A DNA stretch of 64,000 nucleotides, taken from positions 1,024,001 through 1,088,000 of the forward strand of contig OZ244042.1 in assembly GCA_965215015.1 (NCBI GenBank), written 5' to 3'. This stretch comes from Candidatus Poribacteria bacterium (GTDB lineage: Bacteria > Poribacteria > WGA-4E > PCPOR2b). Positions 20,845 through 29,593 of this stretch are shown in pieces. The translations under genes and the position numbers were made by a program. The notes beneath the pieces are model-generated. The model saw only the letters and a program-made list of their open reading frames with translations, was not told where the DNA came from and searched no databases. Every line of letters begins with the position of its first letter. The stretch's first letter is position 1.

Positions 20845-22293
20845 CTACGCGTTATCCCCTATCCCCGCCGCTTGTTTAGCCAAGTATTTACACCGTTCTA
20901 AGTCATACTCCCGATAAATGGTGATCTTCTGCGCTTCAAGGGACCCCTCGGCATGGATGGCAAGAAGTTCATTGTAACCGCCAAAGTCAGAAGCAGTCAG
21001 GTCCCGAATCAGGTTCACCAGTTTCAGGCGTTCTAGCGTTGGAATACCCGCGGCACCACCTAAGTATTTTTCAATATAGTCTCGGGTTTCAGGGTTTGTG
21101 ACATCTTCCTCTGAAGGTCCAGTGACCACAAGCCCGCCAGCGATATCCTGCACGTAACTGACCATCTGATGGTAGTTGCTAGCAAAGTAAAACTTGGCGA
21201 CATTGGTAATAATCGAATTGGGAATCGCCACTCCATCAATCTGAACACAATCGACAGCGGCGGCTTTACTGAGGGCGCGAACCGTCTCGGCGTAATTAAT
21301 CAGGTGCATCAACTTCTCCCGAACATGGCCTGCGCGGCTAATGCCATTGTGCTCGGCGATTAACGCGGCTGCACCGGTCAGGAGGTCGCACAACGGCGGC
21401 TTGTAAGAGACAGCGGTAAATCGGTGGAATTGGACAAAGGTGGTGGCTAACGCGCCTGCGAAATCCCACTCCCCACTCATGAAAACCCGTTCCTTTGGCA
21501 CAAAAACGTCGTCGAAGATTGTAAGACTTTCAATCATCCGGTGATGAGAGCTAACAGGGTTATGAAAATCGCTGGACGACGAGGCACCAAAGGGACTGAC
21601 AATCATTTTCAAGCCGGGGGCATTGGCAGGGACAGCAAAGGCGACAGCGTAATCTTTATCCTTTTCCGTCATATTTCGTGTCGGTAGTACAATGATTTCG
21701 TCCACGTAGGGAGCGCAGGTGGTATGTGCTTTTGCACCTCGAACAACTATCCCATCCGCCCGCTCTTCAACCACACGGACGTAGTAATCTGGATGCGCCT
21801 GCTCGGAGGGGGCAAGGCTTCGATCCCCCTTCACATCAGTCTGTGCAACTGCTATGCTGAGGTCCTCCTGCTGACAGTGCTGATGATACGCCTCCACCCG
21901 CTTGAGGTAGTCTGCACCGTACTGTTCATCAATCCGTTTGGCAACCAAGGAGAGGGCAAAGAGGGCGTCCGTTCCAATCTCTTTGATTAGCAACACCACC
22001 CCGCCGCTAAGCTGAGTGCTGGTTTCAATCATCTGACGCCGTTTTAGCAGATCACCTGTGTTGGTAGGGCTTACAAAATACCGGCTGATTGTTTCGCCCG
22101 TTTCAGGAATTTTGACGGTCATCAAATCTTGATACTCCGCATCCTCAGCGAGTGCAAAATCGAGCGAGGCGTGCTCCATCCCAACCCCCAAATCTGGATG
22201 CTGAGTGACATCCTCTACGCGATCTCCCTTAAAAAACAGCACACGACCATCGTTTAAGCCCGCCTTGTACTCCTCCACCGATCGAGTTGCCAT
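20845..22293 (-). CDS. 4-hydroxyphenylacetate 3-hydroxylase (HpaB)/4-hydroxybutyryl-CoA dehydratase family protein
   Basis: AQTDVKGDRS, GIVVRGAKAHTT, FDDVFVPKERVF and HAEGS motifs. Lacks the Fe-S Cys ligands. Confidence 0.88.
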   Translation of the reverse strand: MATRSVEEYKAGLNDGRVLFFKGDRVEDVTQHPDLGVGMEHASLDFALAEDAEYQDLMTVKIPETGETISRYFVSPTNTGDLLKRRQMIETSTQLSGGVVLLIKEIGTDALFALSLVAKRIDEQYGADYLKRVEAYHQHCQQEDLSIAVAQTDVKGDRSLAPSEQAHPDYYVRVVEERADGIVVRGAKAHTTCAPYVDEIIVLPTRNMTEKDKDYAVAFAVPANAPGLKMIVSPFGASSSSDFHNPVSSHHRMIESLTIFDDVFVPKERVFMSGEWDFAGALATTFVQFHRFTAVSYKPPLCDLLTGAAALIAEHNGISRAGHVREKLMHLINYAETVRALSKAAAVDCVQIDGVAIPNSIITNVAKFYFASNYHQMVSYVQDIAGGLVVTGPSEEDVTNPETRDYIEKYLGGAAGIPTLERLKLVNLIRDLTASDFGGYNELLAIHAEGSLEAQKITIYREYDLERCKYLAKQAAGIGDNA

Positions 22294-22332
22294 ATTCCAC
22301 CTCCATCCCAATCCTCACCTTTTAGACACGAG

Positions 22333-23598
22333 TTATATTCCCAAACTCTCGTTAATTTCGCCCTGATAGTCATTGACCTGCTCGGCAAGCATTTCGTCGA
22401 TAGTAACGATATACCCAGTTTCGCCGGACTCCAATATCCCGTAAGAGACAGCAACAGATCGCGTCCCTTGTGCGGCATCTACTTCGACCGGATGCTCTCC
22501 TGCTATCGCCTGTGCAAAGTCCCCATATTCGACAGCGATGATTTTCCGATCTATTTCAGGGAACGGAAATTCATAACGCCACAATCGATCTTCGCCCCAC
22601 AAATCTGAGGTCACTGCATCAAGCCGAAAGTCGGGGACCCACTCTAGTATCTTCCCATCGTCAATAGGGGATTCGCCCTCAATATGCAGTATGATATTCC
22701 CTCCACTTCGATCTCCCGGCAAGCTCATCGAACCACGCGAACCGTGAATCTGTCGCGACCAGACACCTTGACCACGCCCGGCATGATCTTCGATGTACTG
22801 ACCCACCGCACCATTCTTGAAAGTCAACGTTGCGTAAGCGGCATCCTCGGCGGTGGCTTCAAATTCGGCGGGCATCTTTACCTGCCAGCGACCATAGACG
22901 CCCCCGGGATTCGATCCGGCTTCCCCACCACCTGCTGCGGGATTCTTGCGGATGGGTTCATGGAGTCTTGTCTTCGCGTAAACCGTTTCAATATCGCCGA
23001 GCAGATATTCCATCATATCCGAGTGATGAACACCGACATCAAGCAGCACACCACTTTGGTCCTTTTGGTGACGCCATACAGAGATCAACATCCGGTCACC
23101 GCCGCCAATAGCGTGGTGGATGAGAAAGCGTGGAGTACCAATAACGCCCGCGTCTAGCAGGGCTTTCGCCAAACGATTGATGGGGTCCCGTCGATAGTTC
23201 TCCGCCACGCTTAAAATCGCGTTGGATCCTTCCGCTGCACGCTCGATGAGGTTACAGGCACGAACGGTTAGCCCCATCGGTTTCTCAACCATCGTATGCC
23301 AACCCCGCCCCAGCGTCTCAATAGCAACCGTATGATGGTATCGCGGCGTTGTCGTCACATCAACGGCTTCAACGTTTAACGCCGCTAACCTATCCAAATC
23401 CTCAACGACAGCTGGGCGTACCCCAAAATGTGTTGCTGCTTGATCGGCGAGGGATTCGGCGTTATCACGTACCGGATCGCATGCTCCAACAAGTTCAAAC
23501 CGTTCCCACCCTACACGATGAAGTTCCGCAAGTCCGTATAGGTGACGATGCCCCATGCCCCCACAGCCAACAATGGCTAATCGAATCTTCTCACTCAC
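22333..23598 (-). CDS. Gfo/Idh/MocA oxidoreductase
   Basis: GCGGMG, EKPMG and DVGVH. Confidence 0.93.
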   Translation of the reverse strand: MSEKIRLAIVGCGGMGHRHLYGLAELHRVGWERFELVGACDPVRDNAESLADQAATHFGVRPAVVEDLDRLAALNVEAVDVTTTPRYHHTVAIETLGRGWHTMVEKPMGLTVRACNLIERAAEGSNAILSVAENYRRDPINRLAKALLDAGVIGTPRFLIHHAIGGGDRMLISVWRHQKDQSGVLLDVGVHHSDMMEYLLGDIETVYAKTRLHEPIRKNPAAGGGEAGSNPGGVYGRWQVKMPAEFEATAEDAAYATLTFKNGAVGQYIEDHAGRGQGVWSRQIHGSRGSMSLPGDRSGGNIILHIEGESPIDDGKILEWVPDFRLDAVTSDLWGEDRLWRYEFPFPEIDRKIIAVEYGDFAQAIAGEHPVEVDAAQGTRSVAVSYGILESGETGYIVTIDEMLAEQVNDYQGEINESLGI

Positions 23599-23796
23599 TG
23601 TTCTCTTCTCCCTAAATTGAAATTAAGCATATAATGCACCCATTATAAAGAGGACATAGGCGGATGTCAATACCAAAAAGATCTGAGGTCAGGCAGGCAA
23701 TCTATCAGAGTTGACAATTGCCTTGCATTGCAACTTAGGTTTCTGATAAAATTTATGAATTACATTGAACTGACCGAATCAAGAAAGTGTGTTGGA

Positions 23797-24348
23797 ATGA
23801 AACGGGTGTGTGTATTCTGTGGATCAAGTATGGGACGAGAACCGGCGTATGCTAAAGCTGCGAGGCAGTTAGGCCACGCCCTAGCAAGCAAAAACCTAGG
23901 GCTTGTTTACGGCGGCACAAACGTCGGCACAATGGGTGAACTTGCTAACGCTGCCCTTGAAGGCGGCGGCGAAGTCATTGGCGTCGTGCCTAGGATATTT
24001 GTCGAAAAGAAAATTGCCCATGCCGCGCTTTCTGATCTGCGAGTTGTTAATTCAATTCACGAACGAAAAGGGTTGATGGCTGAACTTTCGGATGCTTTTA
24101 TCGCGCTCCCCGGCGGACTCGGTACGATCGACGAACTCTTTGAGATGGTAACGTGGACGCAACTTGGGTTGCACCGCAAACCGTGCGGCCTTCTGAACGT
24201 ATGCCAGTATTATAGCAAGTTAGCAAATTTTCTCGATTATGCGGTTTTGGAGGGATTTATCAAGGTGCCTCACCGTTCGCTGATACTAGTTGATGAAAGT
24301 CCGGCTGTACTACTCAAGAAGTTTGGTGAGTTTCTGACCAAGTGCTGA
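23797..24348 (+). CDS. LOG family nucleotide phosphoribohydrolase (TIGR00730-like)
   Basis: VCVFCGSS, HERKGLM and PGGLGTIDE. Confidence 0.93.
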   Translation: MKRVCVFCGSSMGREPAYAKAARQLGHALASKNLGLVYGGTNVGTMGELANAALEGGGEVIGVVPRIFVEKKIAHAALSDLRVVNSIHERKGLMAELSDAFIALPGGLGTIDELFEMVTWTQLGLHRKPCGLLNVCQYYSKLANFLDYAVLEGFIKVPHRSLILVDESPAVLLKKFGEFLTKC

Positions 24349-24524
24349 TGAATCAGCTAACTACATCTTGAATCGCTCCCAAAAGAATAAACAGTCCCCA
24401 AGGAGAACACCATGAAAAAGGAGAAGAAAATGCGGCAGAATAGGGCAATCGCTGCCTCCGTTGTGAAAGTTGGTGGTCAACTGCTTGAGCAACTTCGTTC
24501 CATGCGAAACAATGGAGGTACTTC

Positions 24525-25544
24525 ATGAAAGCCGCAGTCTTTGAAGAAACTGGGAAATTAAGCGTACAGGATAAACCGGTTCCGACTCTCAATTCGGGCG
24601 ATGTCCTTATTAAAGTCGAGCTGTGCGGTATCTGTGCGTCTGACTTAGCAGCACTCAACGGGGACATCACCGACTACTCGCCACCCGTTGTGATGGGCCA
24701 CGAACTCGCCGGGGTTGTCGTTGAAAGCCGCCACCCCGATGTAAAAGTCGGCGAGAAGGTGACGGCAAACCCGATGCTCTCCTGTGGGAATTGCGATTAC
24801 TGCCGGACAGACCTAGACAAGTATTGCTCACAGATTGAGGGAATTGGACACGACATTGACGGCGGATATGCCGAATATCTCCGGATGCCGAAACACGGAA
24901 TTGACACAGGCAAACTTATATCCGTACCAGATATGATTCTGCCGGAAGAACTGATTTTTCTAGAACCGTTAGGTTGTTGCATTAATGCCATGCGTGAAAC
25001 AATCTTCGATAAAAGTGTGGCAATCTTAGGCGCGGGTCCCATCGGTCTGATGTTTACACAACTGACGAGAAAGGCGGGATTGGAGACATTCGTTCTTGAG
25101 CCGCTCGCACATCGGCGGAGCGCAGCAGATGAAGTCGGCGCAGATACCACATTTGATATTACAGTGGAACAGGTAGAGACACTCATTGAGAAAACCAACG
25201 GCGGTGTGGATACCGTCATCTCTGCGACGGTCAATGATCGACGTGCGATTGATCTTGCCTTCAAGGTCGTGCGACGAGGCGGCTGTGTGAATTTCTTTGG
25301 ACTGGCACCGGGCGGGCAGGAGCTGCGGATTAACCTCGAGCATTTTCATTACATGGGGCACAAGCTGATGGCCTCGTGGGCATTCTCGCGCTGGAGTTTG
25401 AACGAATCCCGCCGAATGCTTATTGATGACGAGATTAATCCCAAGCCGTTGCTGACAGATCGGTTTCCGATTGAGAGAATCGTTGAAGGGTTTGAAAACG
25501 CTCGGCAGCAACGCGGTGTGAAAAGCGTTCTGGTCGGTGGGTAA
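24525..25544 (+). CDS. Zinc-dependent alcohol/sugar-alcohol dehydrogenase
   Basis: CGICASD, GHE, CGNCDYC and GAGPIG. Confidence 0.93.
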   Translation: MKAAVFEETGKLSVQDKPVPTLNSGDVLIKVELCGICASDLAALNGDITDYSPPVVMGHELAGVVVESRHPDVKVGEKVTANPMLSCGNCDYCRTDLDKYCSQIEGIGHDIDGGYAEYLRMPKHGIDTGKLISVPDMILPEELIFLEPLGCCINAMRETIFDKSVAILGAGPIGLMFTQLTRKAGLETFVLEPLAHRRSAADEVGADTTFDITVEQVETLIEKTNGGVDTVISATVNDRRAIDLAFKVVRRGGCVNFFGLAPGGQELRINLEHFHYMGHKLMASWAFSRWSLNESRRMLIDDEINPKPLLTDRFPIERIVEGFENARQQRGVKSVLVGG

Positions 25545-25681
25545 ATACCCAAAATGGGGTAACGCATAAAAGCGTGTTGGACAGATCGGTTCATTTTCCA
25601 GAATAGAATACAGGAATAGGCATCAGGCCACTGTCACCGAGTCTGTGTTAAATCTGGTCATTTTTATCAATGAGTAAGGGT

Positions 25682-26632
25682 ATGCCCATCAATGCCGATA
25701 AACCGCATCTATGGAAAAAAGAGGTCAGGGTGTCAGTAGACCTCTACAATAATTGATTCATGCGTTTCGCGCCAAAAACGTATCGGGAGGTGCGGCCAGA
25801 GACAATCGAGCGTATACGAGAAACAATTCAACTGACGAAGAATTTCACACTTTTGAATCCTGAGATCTTAAAGGCGAATCCGTCGATGCTTCCAACCTTG
25901 CGGATGTGTACCGCTCCACCGATCGCAAGAGATCGGCTAACAGGATTGGCGCGTGTGAAAAAACACTTGGTTCTCTCAATGGAACAGGGGAAGATCCCAC
26001 CGCGCATGAGCGAAGAGAAACTAATTGAGCAGTTGCTATCTATAGCCGAAATCTTGACTAAGCTGCTCGACTACGACATCCTCCCTTGGTTAGAAAGGAA
26101 AACTGCCCCTACAGATTTGGAACAACATCGGGCAGCTACGATTGTGGCGGATCGGTTGTGTGGTGCCGTTTCTGATCCGATTATCCGTAATGCCCAAGAG
26201 CAAAGATAACTCGCCCGGATTGCGGCGTATTTGAAGGAACGTGGTTATACCGAGCTGCTCCGCAAACTCGGACTTTCCTTTAGAGATCTGCCGCCTGGCA
26301 CATTTGCTTTGCGTTTGAATGTACTAGCTGGTAGAGACAGGACCGTCAATGTACCTGTGGATGTAGTCATTCAGCCGCCTGGGCATCATTCAGGCGGTTT
26401 GCCAATCTTGATTGAAGCCAAGTCCGCTGGCGATTTTACCAACACGAACAAACGACGAAAAGAAGAGGCAACCAAAGTCAATCAGTTACGTACGCGTTAT
26501 GGAGAAGACCTTCAATTTGTTCTGTTTCTCTGTGGATATTTTGATGCTGGATACCTAGGCTACGAAGCAGCTGAGGGAATAGACTGGATTTGGGAACATC
26601 GAATTGGGAATATGGGGTTACTTGGAATATAA
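25682..26632 (+). pseudogene. XamI-family type II restriction endonuclease with two nonsense codons
   Basis: One frame: MPINADKPHLWK...YNN(TGA 25754)FMRFAP...RNAQEQR(TAA 26207)LARI...IEAKSAGDFTNTNKRRKEEA. Confidence 0.88.
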
Positions 26633-26634
26633 AA

Positions 26635-28227
26635 ATGAAAGAACTTCAACAGATCGAATCTGGCCGGCAGAATGCACAGACAAGGTTAGATGGCCTAAAG
26701 AGTACCTCTGAACGCAATAAAATGGGACAATACGCTACCCCATTCTCTCTTGCTCGCGAGATTGTTGAATTTGTCAGGGATACATATTTTGCTGAAACAG
26801 ATAAGATTCGTTTCCTAGATCCGGCTGCGGGTACGGGGGCTTTTTTCTCAGCACTGCTTTATGCTTTTCCAAAAACGCGGATTGAAAAGGCTGTTGGAAT
26901 TGAAGTTGACTCACAAATTGCTTCAATCACTAAACATTTATGGAGAGACTGGAAACTGGATGTAGTCGAAGCGGATTTTGCACAATTGCCTTTTCCAGTC
27001 TCACCCATGTTCAATTTGCACCTTGTCAATCCCCCTTATGTTCGACATCACTACCTCAATCTGCGGACAAAGCAGAATCTTCAGGAGAAAATCAAAGCGG
27101 CAGTTGGGCTCAATCTGAACGGACTGGCGGGGCTGCACTGTTATTTTCTCTTGATAGCCCATCGGTGGTTAGCTCAAGATGGATTTGGTGTTTGGCTCAT
27201 CCCTTCCGAGTTCATGGATGTCAAGTATGGAGAGGTTGTCAAACGCTATCTAATCGAACAGGTTTCCTTGAGGCATGTACATCGCTTTGATGCAGAAGCA
27301 CTGCAATTTGACGATGCCCTTGTTTCCTCAACCGTATTAATTTTTCAAAAACGCAAGCCTAAACAAGAAGATGAGGTAACTTTCTCCTTGGGAGGCTCCT
27401 TGAAAACTCCTCGCACCTGTGCACGCATTCGTCAACGGCAGCTAGCGCAGGTAAGTAAGTGGACCTCGCTTCCGAACAAATCAGTGGGGGATGCTGTGCA
27501 CGATTTTCATCAATTCAACAGAACGACAACGATTGGGGACCTTTTTGAAATCCGTCGGGGACTAGCAACCGGTGCAAACCAGTTTTTTATTTTACGCCGC
27601 GAGGTCGCTAGTGATAAAGGTCTGCCCGAACGATTTCTACAGTCTATCTTGCCAAGTCCAAGATATCTGAATAATGACAAAATATTTGCTGCCAACGACG
27701 GTTTCCCACTCGTTCATCCATCTTTGGTATTGTTAGACTGTGATTTGGACGAGAGCAAAATCGGAGCCTATCCGTCCCTAAAGGCTTATCTCGATTGGGG
27801 TAAATCACAAGGGTTTGCCGACCGGTACATTACTCGCCACCGACGTCCATGGTTCAAACAGGAAAATCGACCGGCAGCCCCTATTTTATGCAGTTATATG
27901 TCTCGCACCAAATCAGGGGGTTCTGGGCTGCGGTTCTTCCGAAACTATTCTCAGGCAACTAGCCCAAACGTCTATCTGATGCTTTATCCGAATCAAGAGG
28001 TGCGGCAGGCTTGTAAAAACAACGTGGACCTCCTCACTCAGTTATTCGATTCGCTGAAACAGGCTAAGGATGAATATCTGCTTTATGAAGGACGAACTTA
28101 TGGGGGTGGACTTAACAAGATTGAACCCAAAGAACTTGCACGAGTACCGTTACCCGATGATTCATTACTACAAGGGATTGTTGTCAAGCCCAACCAACTC
28201 TTCCTACTTGAAGGTGAATCACCATGA
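26635..28227 (+). CDS. N6-adenine DNA methyltransferase (XamI/Eco57I-type)
   Basis: GQYATP, LDPAAGTGAF, NPPY and GRTYGGGLNKIEPKEL. Confidence 0.92.
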   Translation: MKELQQIESGRQNAQTRLDGLKSTSERNKMGQYATPFSLAREIVEFVRDTYFAETDKIRFLDPAAGTGAFFSALLYAFPKTRIEKAVGIEVDSQIASITKHLWRDWKLDVVEADFAQLPFPVSPMFNLHLVNPPYVRHHYLNLRTKQNLQEKIKAAVGLNLNGLAGLHCYFLLIAHRWLAQDGFGVWLIPSEFMDVKYGEVVKRYLIEQVSLRHVHRFDAEALQFDDALVSSTVLIFQKRKPKQEDEVTFSLGGSLKTPRTCARIRQRQLAQVSKWTSLPNKSVGDAVHDFHQFNRTTTIGDLFEIRRGLATGANQFFILRREVASDKGLPERFLQSILPSPRYLNNDKIFAANDGFPLVHPSLVLLDCDLDESKIGAYPSLKAYLDWGKSQGFADRYITRHRRPWFKQENRPAAPILCSYMSRTKSGGSGLRFFRNYSQATSPNVYLMLYPNQEVRQACKNNVDLLTQLFDSLKQAKDEYLLYEGRTYGGGLNKIEPKELARVPLPDDSLLQGIVVKPNQLFLLEGESP

Positions 28228-29144
28228 ACACATTAAAAGCCTTTCTTGAATTAATCCGCTATCCCCTCTTCGCCATTCCGATCGCTGCCACGTTACCCGG
28301 TGCACTGATCGCTTCAGAGGGAAAGTGGAATTGGCAAGTTGGATTGACGTTGCTGATTGCACTGCTGGGCTATTTTGCAGGCATGATGAAGAACGACTAC
28401 TTCCACCGTGAGCAGGATGCCGTTGTGAATCCAGACCGCCCACTCCCGTCGCATCGCCTTACACCTCGGCAGGTACTGATCGCCGCAAGCAGCACCTACA
28501 TCATCTGCGTCACATTGGGATTCACACTCCACATCAAAGCAGGACTTCTGGTGATTGCTCTTGTGATGATTTCCCATTTATATAACTCCTTCTTTAAGGA
28601 ACGCGGAATATTGGGAAGCATTAGTCTTCCCCTTGGCATCGGTCTGCTCAACGTGTTTGGTGCAATCGCTGTAAGCGGGGGTGTGCCACGCTTGGTCTGG
28701 TATGCGTTTGCCGCAACGACACTCTACGATTGTGGGACGCACATCACAACGACCTTCAAAGATCTTGAAAGGGATAAAAAACTCGGTATCACTACCACTC
28801 CCTTGCAGCTGGGAATCAAGCCAGCCCTTATCTGCGCTGCTGTATCGACCATACTCTCCTTTATTGTCGCTGTGTTGCCACATTGGCTTGAAGGAGTCAG
28901 TTGGCACTACACCTTGTGGGTTGTCTTCGCATTGCTTGCCACGAGCATTACCCGGCTGCCCCTTTATCTGAATCCGACTGAGAAAAACGGCTACCGCGCC
29001 CTGAAAGGTTCAATGGTGGGTGCCATCACGTTTTTCCCTTGTCTCATGGGCGTTCAGATCTCCCTGTGGGGTTCTGCACTTGTGATTTTGCCCTTACTGC
29101 TGGTGACGATGACCTTGCTAAAAGTGACAAAGCGGGAAGTGTGA
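28224..29144 (+). CDS. UbiA-family prenyltransferase
   Basis: Multiple TM helices; NDYFHREQD..N.DRPLPS and KDLERDKKLG..T motifs. Confidence 0.88.
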   Translation: MNTLKAFLELIRYPLFAIPIAATLPGALIASEGKWNWQVGLTLLIALLGYFAGMMKNDYFHREQDAVVNPDRPLPSHRLTPRQVLIAASSTYIICVTLGFTLHIKAGLLVIALVMISHLYNSFFKERGILGSISLPLGIGLLNVFGAIAVSGGVPRLVWYAFAATTLYDCGTHITTTFKDLERDKKLGITTTPLQLGIKPALICAAVSTILSFIVAVLPHWLEGVSWHYTLWVVFALLATSITRLPLYLNPTEKNGYRALKGSMVGAITFFPCLMGVQISLWGSALVILPLLLVTMTLLKVTKREV

Positions 29145-29593
29145 TGCGTTATACGTCGTATTAAGAGGAATTTACAATAGACACGTAAAACCCAACGATA
29201 CTGGAGGCCCCAATGGAAGTTGACAACTTAAAATTAAAGCAGCGGTTATTTCACCTTGATGTGCTTATTGAAAAACAGACAGACTGTTATACTTCCGATT
29301 TCTGAGATTGATTTTACCGCAATAGAACCAAATATCATCGAAACGACCGCTCAATTACGGTCAAGTTAGAAAAATTGGCACCGCTTTGGAATAATCGAAA
29401 ATCCGAAGCGTAGTAAGGGGGCCATCATGTATTCTTTTAACCGAATTTTTGTGGAACGCCCCGCCTTTATCCTGTAAAAGTACCATAATCTAAATCAACA
29501 ATTAAGCATCAAAGCCCTTGAAGAGATCAGGAGAGTCTTTGATTTGACTGAAGATAAATTTTATCAAATATAAACAAGTTGAGGTTAAAATTC

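Noticed and set aside
20845-22293. True 4-hydroxybutyryl-CoA dehydratase (abfD)
   Set aside because: The Fe-S cysteine ligands are absent.
25754-25756. UGA recoding (Trp or Sec) or an alternative genetic code
   Set aside because: The same gene has an in-frame TAA. TGA terminates many intact genes here (e.g. 18921, 29144, 55374) and TGG is used for Trp.
29210-29420. Toxin-antitoxin remnants upstream of valS
   Set aside because: Only faint HicB/PIN-like fragments, too degraded to call.
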